Source: Eledone cirrhosa
Lineage: Eukaryota
Reading direction: 5' to 3'
NCBI GenBank assembly: GCA_964016885.1
Contig: OZ024741.1
Coordinates: forward strand, 79,918,001 to 79,982,000
DNA: 64,000 nt
Shown piece by piece: positions 26,450-36,682 of this stretch. Position 1 is the first letter of the stretch; each line of letters opens with the position of its first letter. The notes under the pieces are model-generated. The model ran no database searches and was not told the DNA's origin. It saw only the letters and a list, made by a program, of their open reading frames with translations. The position numbers were made by a program, and so were the translations under genes.

Positions 26450-27655
26450 GTACGTATGGGTTTACCGAACATTTATTATAATTTTCGGTTTGTTTGTAAA
26501 CAAACAGCCCGAATTAAGCCGTACAGTGTTCGGCAACTATCGTTGCCATTTTGTTCAACACTCACAAAGGAACGATGAACTAGTTTCAAGCTTATTAGCT
26601 ATCGTCAGCACCGTATACCTTCCTGTCAGATGATTGGACGTTTGAAAGTATATTCTTTCCTGATGCATATTAACGGCTGAGCAGCCTAATTTGCATATCG
26701 AGTGAGTTAGTCGGCCGGGCGTACCGAAAACGATAAATGGGAAAAATGAAATTTCATTTCTCACTCTTAGTACGGCTGATACTTAAATATAAGTATGTAT
26801 TCGTACATACATATATGTATACAGACGTACAGTAGTATGTATAAATATACATATATGCTCAGCCGTTAATATGGATAAGGAAAGTATATACTTTCAAACG
26901 TTCAATCATCTGACAGGAAGGTATACGGTGCTGACGATAGCTAATAAGCTTAAAACTAGTTCATCGTTCCTTTGTCAGTTTTGAACAAAAGGGCAACGAT
27001 GGTTGCCGAACACTGTACGGCTTAATTCGGGCTGTTTGTTTACAAACAAACCGAACATTATAATAAATGTTCGGTAAACCCATACGTATATATATATATA
27101 TGTGTGTGCATGTATGTTTATATTTACATACTACTGTACGTCTGTATACATATATGTATGTACGTATACATACTTATATTTAAGTATCAGCCGTACTAAG
27201 AGTGAGAATTGAAATTTCATTTTTTCCATTTATCGTTTTCGGTACGCCCGGCCGACTAACTCACTCGATATGCAAATTAGGCTGCTCAGCCGTTAATATG
27301 CCTAAGGAAAGTATATACTTTCAAACGTTCAATCATCTGACAGGAAGGTATACGGTGCTGACGATAGATAATAAGCTTGAAACTAGTTCATCGTTCTTTT
27401 GTCAGTGTTGAACAAAAGGGCAACGATGGTTGCCGAACACTGTACGGATTAATTCGGGATGTTTGTTTACAAACAAACCGAACATTATAATAAATGTTCG
27501 GTAAACCCATACGTACATATATATATGTGTGCATGTATGTATATATATACATACTATTGTACGTCTGTATACATAAATGTATGTACGTATACATACTTAT
27601 ATTTAAGTATCAGCTGTACTAATAGTAAGAAATGAAATTTCATTTTTTCCATTTA
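26450..27655. repeat. 427-bp unit in an inverted plus tandem array, each unit carrying a hammerhead motif (retrozyme-like)
   Basis: 26450-26845 is inverted relative to the tandem copies at 26856-27282 and 27283-27655. Confidence 0.85.
26572..26614 (-). ncRNA. Minimal type I hammerhead ribozyme (further copies 26925-26967 + and 27352-27394 +)
   Basis: acggtg-CTGACGA-t-agct-aata-agct-t-GAAAC-ta-GTT-catcgt: stem I acggtg/catcgt, stem II agct/agct, palindromic AACTAGTT stem III. Confidence 0.75.
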
Positions 27656-28027
27656 TATATATATATAGAATATGGAAAATGAAGAATCAGTGATGCATCG
27701 GAACACAATTTATTACGTATTACAATTGTTTCTCCGGCGAACAGCTCGAGGTACGATCTATTTGAGGATCGAACATGACTCTGGATTCACAAGTTCCTCA
27801 GATACGTCTAGTGATTTTGAAGCAAATTCTCTTTCTGCTGGACTCCCTTCGAATTTTTATCGTCTGCCATCATCCTGTTTGTGTGGCATTCTGATTGGTT
27901 GATAGTTCGCGACGTCATCTTTGTGCTTGACCATTGAAATCTGCCCACTGACCATTTCCATTCAGGCATGAGCTATCACTCACCCCAATCCCAGCCAGGA
28001 CCCCGCGTAATGAATGAGCAGTATACA

Positions 28028-28474
28028 GACCGAACATGAAACTGCTGAGTGGGCACACAAGGCTCTCTGCAGGGAAGATGACTAACGAAGGGCGTCGTAT
28101 ATAAATGTGTGGTTAACACGCACAACACCAAGCGCACCTACATCGGCGCAGCATCCACGACCTTTAAATCGAGGATGTACAATCACACAAACTCTTTCAG
28201 GGACCGGAGCAAAAGACACTCCACTTGGCTGGCGGACCTGATATGGGACTTGAAGGACAGCGGCACCACGTATGATCTCAACTGGAGTATCGTTCAACGT
28301 GCCAGTGCATATTCGGCCGGCGCGAGGAAGTGCAGGCTGTGCCTGTCAAAAGCCATGGAGATAGTGAGATTAAAGGATGACGCAGTCAACCTGAAATCGG
28401 AGATCATCATGACATGTAGACACCAGCGAAGATGCACACTCTCCGCACGGGTACCTCCGGATGGCCCCAGCTAG
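28028..28474 (+). pseudogene. PLE zinc finger and GIY-YIG endonuclease fragment
   Basis: VVYKC..YIGAAST.FK.R...H..SF..STWLADLIWDLK..CRLCL..CRH; in-frame TGAs at 28037, 28046 and 28079. Confidence 0.85.
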
Positions 28475-29226
28475 AGCCATAAGGGGAGCGAACGTCAGTC
28501 GGGGTGGCGGCGCGGGTCCATGGGATCCGACACCATACCTTGATGACTATGTATGCCCTGTGGGGCAGTTCGACACACTCAATGCTGCACATTTGACTAT
28601 GTACTCTATCTTAAACATCGCCCTCTCAGTAGCCAGGACACGGCGGCTCAATTTCCATGGGTATACTCAATCCCGTTTAACACATCACTAAGGCACTCTA
28701 TTTCAGCCACAGTAACATACTCCGTTACAAACTGTTCTTCCGTACTCCCTACATATATATTTTTTTATGTACTGTGTGTATTTTCTCTATGTATTCCATT
28801 ATGTAACACTTTATGTATTTTTTCATGTACAACCCCATGTGTATGTTTTATATACTTTTTATATATGTTTTGAGTATACCCTTTACATTATTCCTATGAT
28901 TTTCCAACATGTAATCTTGTTTATAAGGTTTCTGTATGTGGATTATTCCATGTTAGCACCATAATGCCAACTCAGTCAACATGTGCATCAAAGTGTGTCT
29001 GCATATACGTATATACCGTTATGTGAGATGCTGCGTGCATTCTTTGACGTATCCCCCATATGTACTTTTTTGTATTTTTTACGTATTTCCCCATGTAATA
29101 TTTCTTTGTACACTAACTGATGTATAGCATCATACATGCTTCTATGCGCTTTCCAAATATTTTTGTACAGTTTATTTTCATGTGTGCGTACGTGTGTGTG
29201 TGGGTGTCTGTCTGTGTGTGAGTGCG

Positions 29227-29303
<77 letters not shown>

Positions 29304-29509
29304 CTGTGTGTGTATATGAGTAGGCCTGACTAACTGCATATGTACGCCCGTGTATATGTATGTGTATGGATGGATAGATGTATATATGTGGGTCCCTTAT
29401 GTGTACGTGTGTGCGTATGTCTGTGTATGAATGTACCTATATATGAGAGGTGAATATATGTATGTACATGAGAGGTGAATATATGTATGTACATGTGCAA
29501 ACACGCAAG

Positions 29510-29586
<77 letters not shown>

Positions 29587-29895
29587 CGTGCGTGTGCGTG
29601 TGTGTGTGCGATTAATGGCTCAGAATGTCTGTATATGTGTGAGCACAAGGGAAGGGCAAGAGAGTTCACAACACCTATCCTACACATAGCAATCATTTCT
29701 GGTGACCGGATTAGGGTGACTGACAGCTCACGCCTGAATGGAAATGGTTAGTGGGCAGATTTCAATGGTCAAGCACAAAGATGGCGTCGCGAACTATCAA
29801 CCAATCAGAGTGCCCCGCAAACAGGATGATGGCAGATGATAGAAATTCGATGGGTCGGAGTCCAGCAGAAAGAGAATTTGCTTCGAAATCACTAG

Positions 29896-29988
29896 ACGTA
29901 TCTGAGGAACTTGCGAATCCAGAGTCAGGTTCGATCCTCAAACAGATCGTACCTCGAGCTGTTCGACGGAGAAACAATTGTAATACGT
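29896..29988 (+). ncRNA. Type I hammerhead ribozyme with a long stem II (inverted copy 27715-27807)
   Basis: acgtat-CTGAGGA-[62 nt]-GAAAC-aatt-GTA-atacgt: perfect 6-bp stem I, palindromic loop III, GUA cleavage triplet. Confidence 0.75.
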
Positions 29989-30119
29989 TAATAAATTGTG
30001 TTCCGATGCATCACTGATTCTTCGTTTTCCATATTATCATAATCTTCTCCGAAGGAGCATAGAGTGCTCAACCGGCATACCGCCAGTGGACGCATCCAAG
30101 CAGCCTTACTACAAATATA

Positions 30120-30151
<32 letters not shown>

Positions 30152-30154
30152 ACT

Positions 30155-32680
30155 CTGATACGGTGTGGTAGAATACCAAGTGGACTATAACCCACCAGAG
30201 TACTCGAATCTTGGGGTAGTAGAGTGGGTAATATGAAAAGATTCAGAACCCTGACGGCTGAGTTTCGGCCGTTTCGACAGCTAGATCTAGCTGTCGATAC
30301 GAGGTATCGTATAAGGTAATCCAAGTACCGGTTATGAGTAATCTGTACAGTGCATGATTCTAACGTGCGGTGTTGTATCGCCAGTCCCGAACTTGTATTT
30401 TGATAATTTGACTGGTGATAACAGTTATTAAAATCGAGTGTCATAGCAACACCGCAGATAGCGATTTCTAGACACACTGAGCCAATGAAACATTTGTTAT
30501 TACCTGGACTAAACCCTACTGTATAGTTGATCCTTGTTATTCTTCACTCCTTCATTAGATATATATATATATATAACGAAGGAGGTGTGGTAAAGAACCA
30601 GATGGACCATAACGTACTAGAGTACTCAATACTTAGGGTAGTAAAGTGGGTAATAGAAAAAATTTAAAGACCCCGGCGGAAGGGCTCAAGACATTTCGAC
30701 GGCAATTTCTGGACTAAATTAGAATTGTTAGCGTGGTAATAAATAGTCGAACTATTCAACTTCTTCCGGGATTTAAGATTACCCTACAAATGTCACTAAC
30801 CCGTGTCAATTTCCTGGACGTTACCCTCAACCTTGAAAATGATCTGTACTACCCATACAGGAAACCAAACGACAACCTTCCCAACATTTACCGCCGCTCT
30901 AACCATCCTAGAAACATCACCAATAACCTGGTTAAAAACATCTCACTCCGCATATCTCGTTTGTCCGCTAATGAGCAGATATTCGATGAATATGCGCCTT
31001 ATTACAACCAGGCCCTCAAGCGAAGCGGCTTTCGGGAGGAAATCTCCTTTTATCCAGCTTCCCTTAGCGGAACCAGCAGGTGACGCCGCCGCTCACGCCA
31101 TGTAACTTGGTTCAACCCTCCCCACAATGCCGAGGTTGCAACACCAATCGAGAAAATCTTCTTTAGGCTCCTCAAAAACACTTCCCACCACAATACCGCT
31201 ACCACAGCATAATCAACAAAAACACTATCAAACTCTCCTACAGCACCACACCCAACTTCGCACAAAACATCGCCTCCTCAAACAACAAGAAACTCAACTC
31301 CTATGGAAGAAACAACCTAGACATTAGTGGCGAGCCGACCAGGAGGTGTAACTGCCCTGATAGATCTACGTGCCCCCGCAACAACAGATGCCGAGAACGT
31401 AACGTGATCTACCAATGCAACGTAAGGACGGAAAACTCCAACAAAGCCTATATAGGATTAACCCCTTGTGACTTTAAGACCCGGATCTACCAACACCGAC
31501 ATACGTTCAGAAACCCGCCCCGGCGACATGCCACTACACTTTCGGGCCACATCTGGGACCTCCAAGATAATAACATAAAATACCATCTTACTTAAAGTTT
31601 ACTGTCCAGGGCTAACTCCTACACGGGAGGACGCCGTCCGTGTAACTTATGCTCGGAGGAAACAATTTAAATGCTGTTTACCAAGGACCAACTCCTAAAC
31701 AAAAAAAAGACAAACTTGTAACTGCATGTAAACACCAATTGCGTAGGACTTACCTCCCCTCAAACCCCCTCATGACTCGGGTGGGTAGCAATGGCTGCAA
31801 CATCATTCTTTTCCCACTTGCCGAACAAGATAGGGGAAACCCCAGCATCCATAGGTAGATGTACTTCTTTTCTTTTTCCCCTTTATCTCTTTTCTCACTT
31901 CCTTCCACTCCCTCTCCTCTGCCTTTTCCTTTTTCCTCTTTCGCCTACCCTGAGGCAGCCCATCGGGCTTTTGTAGCCTCAGTACCCCACCCCAGTAAAT
32001 TGTATATATCATTGGCCGAAAACGCGATACCAGCTAAAAATATAGCAGCTGCTTTAGACTCTAGTTTTTTATTATTTTTTATTATTTAATTTTTTTTATA
32101 TTATTATTATTATTATTTATTATTTTTAATTTTATAACTTTCAACTCTCAGATTCCTCCAGAATTCTTTTTTCGCATGCTTTGTAGCTAGCTTAGAATTT
32201 GCTGTATAGAATTCACTTTCAACGCTTGACCGGCTCCACCCACTCCCTCATTGTTCTACAAGCAAGTTCAGCCACCCCACCTCCCACCCACCGCCATGAA
32301 AGATTTACTTGTGTTTACAAGAAATTTTGCCCAATCCTTTTGACAAATACAATCTTCCCATATAAGGAATTACCCCTTGAAAAGTTCGGCTATTTATTAC
32401 CATGCTAAAAATTCTACTTTAGTCCAGAAATATCCGTCGAAACGGCTTGAGCTCTGCCAGCGGGGTCTTGAAAATTTTCCTATATATATATATGGAAAAT
32501 AGTCAGAACCCCGGCGGCAGAGCTCAAGCCGTTTCGACAGCTATTTCTGGACTCAGAAATAGCTGTCGAAACGGCTTGAGCTCTGCTGTCGGGGTTCTGA
32601 CTTTTTTCCTATTACCCAAAGTATCGAGTACTCTGGTGCGTTATGGTCCACCTGGTTCCTTACCACACTTCCTTCGTTAT
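30155..32680 (+). mobile_element. 5'-truncated Penelope-like element C with complex inverted and tandem pseudo-LTR pieces
   Basis: 30765-31750 encodes VNFLDVTLNL..YRKPND..SNHP..WFNPP..CNCPDRSTCP..YIG..CNLC with lesions; pLTR pieces at 30155-30300, 30572-30760 (inverted), 32370-32480, 32492-32552 (inverted) and 32553-32680. Confidence 0.85.
32373..32465 (+). ncRNA. Hammerhead-like motif with a U3-A8 core in the PLE C pseudo-LTR
   Basis: cccc-TTGAAAA-stem II (cggctattt/aaatatccg)-GAAA-cggc..gcc..gggg; sister copies retain the GTC triplet. Confidence 0.55.
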
Positions 32681-32689
32681 ATATATATA

Positions 32690-32786
<97 letters not shown>

Positions 32787-33041
32787 GTGTGTACATGCAT
32801 ACGACTTCATTGGGAATGGTTAAAATATAGAAATACCTACCCACAAAAGATCTTTTTTACCAAACAGTTTCCTGTCAGAAATGTATCACAAAAGAATCAC
32901 TATAAACCAAATCAATTACGTGCACGCGTACTAACATACTTAATGCGGTGAGCCAAAAACCTTCAATTGATTAAAACTACCGTTGCGACGAGGGGGGGGG
33001 GGGGCTCAATGACAATTATTAAACAAATGAGATGAAAACAT

Positions 33042-33722
33042 TAGGTTGGCAACCTTTTGGGGTGTGCGAGCCACACAGTTATGTAGCGTCTCGTCGGCGG
33101 GCCATGATATCAAATAAGTAATGAGAACATATGTAAAACCAAATACAGTGATATCATAAAATACTATGACATTGTGACAAAACCACGACACCTGGCGGTG
33201 TATTGAGATCAGAGTTGCCATTTATTCGGTAAAAAAATTGACTTCTAATGATACTGAATACTTTTAACATAGAAAAATAAATGAACATTGATTAATTATC
33301 GAATACAGTCACTTACAGATGTTCTACTACCAGACAGCTAACTCAAATGAACAATTTTGAGGATGAAATGAAATAACTGTATGCCAGACACACTGACTTG
33401 TTTTAGGTAAGTCTGGGTCATTCCACATCCCTGCCATAACATACTATGTATGCACATATATACACAAATACACACACCGCACACAGTCCCCCGTGACCTC
33501 GATGTCTGACTATTCTATCTGTCTGAGTTTGTTAATTATTGTCTTGCAAATAATTACGTTCAGCTAAGTGAGTCTTGTGGCTAGACGTGTTCTCTATTCG
33601 GTATTCGAATCCGAAATTATTCAGAGCACTTTTTGAGGGATCGCTTAGCCTAGATTGAAACCTGTTTCTGGAAAAAATCCTTCGCGGGCTGGATGTGGCA
33701 CGCGGGCCGGCGTTGCCCCTAC
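33042..33722. mobile_element. hAT (Charlie-type) non-autonomous relic
   Basis: Left taggttggcaaccttt..gcgagccac; right cgcgggctggatgtggcacgcgggccggcgttgcccc, typical Charlie subterminal motifs. Confidence 0.55.
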
Positions 33723-36329
33723 ATTAGACGGAGGGAGGTTTAATATTATTTTAGTATGATCTTTGGCAAGTTTCGACTTTATTATACCTCCGCATACAAA
33801 ATATCGGTTTTCATACTGCTTGCCAAACTTAGTGAATGAGTATAACTTTGTAGATGCACAGGCAGCGAATTGACAGTCGTTATAAGGTCGGACGAAATAA
33901 TTTGCAGTATATATTCATCGTTCCAGGGTTGATGAATAATTTTAAAAAAAGAAAGAAAGCACTAATCTAGAGTGATGGCCTGGTGGCATCGTTAAAATCC
34001 CAATATTTTACATTCCTAGTTCAAATCTCACCGTGGCCTTCTTGAGTTGTGGACATAAACCGTCGCGCGGTTTAACACTCTTAGGTCTCCCGCCTGAGGA
34101 TAACTCGGTATTTTGATGCACTGCTTTCCACTGTAGTAAACCGTATGTCATAGTTTCTTCTTCATTGGAACCTTGTCTGAATTTCTGAGACGAGGATTTA
34201 TTATGATTATAAACTGATTTTTTTTTTACTAAAGACCTTACCTTTATTGTTATAATCACAACGTTTAGACCTTCAGGTTAAGCGAAACAAGCACTTTCAA
34301 GAGTTTCTAATTAATACGAGGATACCACCAGCTTAGAAAACGGAATGAGTTTGAATTGAGGGTTCGATTTGAAATGCCAAAAACATTACCAAATACACAA
34401 GTAATTGATGAAAGTCGATGAGTGCAATGGCAAAAATTTTGTGATTATAGAAATCGAGATGAAAGCACTTGTTTATAATAATCGTGCGCTATCTCTCCTC
34501 CCCTGATTAAATAATCAAACATTAAAGGAGAAAAGTTTTGGATAAGACGGTCCGTCTAGCTTATATCTAGATTCTGTAACGGCTGAATTTTACGTATGAT
34601 TGATCAGATCATATATATACAACGAAATTTTAGACACTATAAAATACTTTATTATCCCAAAGTAAAACAAAATATGTGGACGAAAGGGTACATGCGTGTG
34701 TGTTGAAAAGGCTATCTGACAAACAACATTTCGTATAGTTTAATTTTAGCAACTGTCGAAATATTGTAAAATACAGTCAACCACAACAACCAACGAGGAA
34801 TCAAAATTTCCAAAAGAGCAAACTGGTATGAAAACCAAAACTATTACGATATAACATAATAATTGTTTAACCTGCTTATTCTGTGAAGCATTATCGTAAA
34901 GGGCGGTGGATTGGCAGTATCGGTAGAGGGTCGGACGCCATGCTTTGCAGCAAAGAGTTACGGCCCTTTATGGTCTGAGTTCAAATCCCGCCGAAGTTAA
35001 CTTTGCCTTTCATCCTTACGGGGTCGATAAAATAAAGTACCAGTAATACACTGGGATAATTGCTGGCCTTGTGCCAGAAGTAAAAACAATTATCGTAATA
35101 TATAGAAAATTGCTAACAATTCACATAGCAACGCAGAATATACAGTATAAGCATGTAGGGAGAAAGTAGATTTACTTCATATGTCAGCTTTAGAGTTCTC
35201 TGGTGTCCTTGATCCTTGCATTGTTGATTTCGTCGTAAAGTCGGAAAAACGGCAGCCTGTTTGTGAGGTTGAGTGGCTGTTGTAGCGGGTGTCTCTAGGC
35301 ATTCTCCGCGATAATGTCTTTGCTATTTTGCCCGCTCAGATAAGGATGTAGTGTCTGTCCCTTTCTTTCGTTGCTTGATGCATTTTTTTTCTTTTTCTTC
35401 GTTTCATTTCCCTTTTTTTCTTCCTTTTTTGTTCCCTTTAATAGTTTTGTTTTTATTAAATACTGCTTAAATATTTTTTTTAATTGCAAGTTCTTATGAA
35501 ATGGAAGAAACATTTAAAATTGAATCATTAACATAAAACAACACTACCGAAAATGTGGGCCTTCTAGTGAGTCGTTGTCCTGCTATAAATAGCAGACAAA
35601 TTTCCCTCAAAGTACACTTTATGGTTTCAAAAACCCACACTAAATTATGTGATCCTAGATACTCAATAACTAAGGGGAACGACGGTACATTCAAATTTGT
35701 TTTGATCATGTCAGTTGTTGAACTAGGACCAAAAAACAATAAAACTCATACTAAAAAGTGATTCATTAATTACAACAAAGACATTATATTGAAGTAGTGT
35801 TAAACATATCAGATATAATAATTTCCTGCTTTGTTGTAACGCCATAAATTTTAGATGAAAGTTTTAAGCGGATATAATTTACACTAGTACCTGACTGGTA
35901 TTTATTTGTTGAATCTCGACGGATGAAAGGTTGGTTTTCTGTTTTTATTTTAATACTGAAATACTTTGCCTTTCATCCTTACGGGGTCGATAAAATGAAG
36001 TACCAGTAATGTACTGGATAATTGCTGGCCTTGTGCCAAAAGTAGAAACAATTATTTCTTTATATGTATAATTAAATTTATTGAACAAAATATACAAGGA
36101 TGAAAAATTTTTTTTAAAATAAAAACAAAATTAAGAAAATTAAGAAAAGGAAAAGGGGGGACATCAAGGGTAATGTGTAAAGAAGAGCAGATCTGTCTGT
36201 ATAGGGAAATAGAGGAAAGGGCTATAAATGCCATAAATGAGAGGAAAAGGAGAGGAAGATCAATGACTATTAGGCAACGGAAGAAAGAAAGGGGGCAGGG
36301 GAGAGGGTAGCAGACTCTACACCTAGGTC

Positions 36330-36682
36330 AGAGCGGTGTTTCGGCTGCGCACCGTGGACAAAATTGCAAAAGCATTTCCGGGGACAGCGACACCTTCCTC
36401 AGACGGGCTGCTGTCGTTCCGATTTTACTGGACAAGCTCTGGTATTTCTTGTCTTCTTGTCCTCTGCATTGCATGCCACGGTACCAGGGTTTGTCGCCGA
36501 AGTGATTAAGTTGAAGGCAGAGAACGTATCACAGCATGTAGCGTCCCAGATGAGGGATTTAACTCCTTCGAATATGAAGAGGGTAATTCCGTCGGGGTGC
36601 TTGCAGTCGAAGCTTGCTTGCTCCAGTAGTTATGGGAAGCCGGCTGCATCCAGGATCCTCATTATGTCGTTGATATTTCTAT
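36330..36682 (-). mobile_element. CRE-clade non-LTR retrotransposon fragment (restriction-like endonuclease)
   Basis: Minus strand reads NDIMRILDAAGFP..HPDGITLFIFEGVKSLIWDATCCDTF..AEDKK..GNAFAIL, matching the PDG..WD.T..DT endonuclease signature. Confidence 0.7.

Larger units (their letters stand above)
27670..30033 (+). mobile_element. 5'-truncated Penelope-like element B with an inverted pseudo-LTR (27670-27990 vs 29708-30033)
   Basis: GIY-YIG endonuclease fragment plus an inverted terminal copy containing a hammerhead; adjacent to (TA)n. Confidence 0.85.

Noticed and set aside
29824-29870. ATGA..AAA..GA as a canonical SECIS for PLE B
   Set aside because: The helix II arms pair poorly by eye in both pLTR copies
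31081-31083. In-frame TGA in PLE C as selenocysteine
   Set aside because: It lies in an Arg run, so CGA>TGA deamination is the simpler explanation; this element's zinc-finger Cys are TGY
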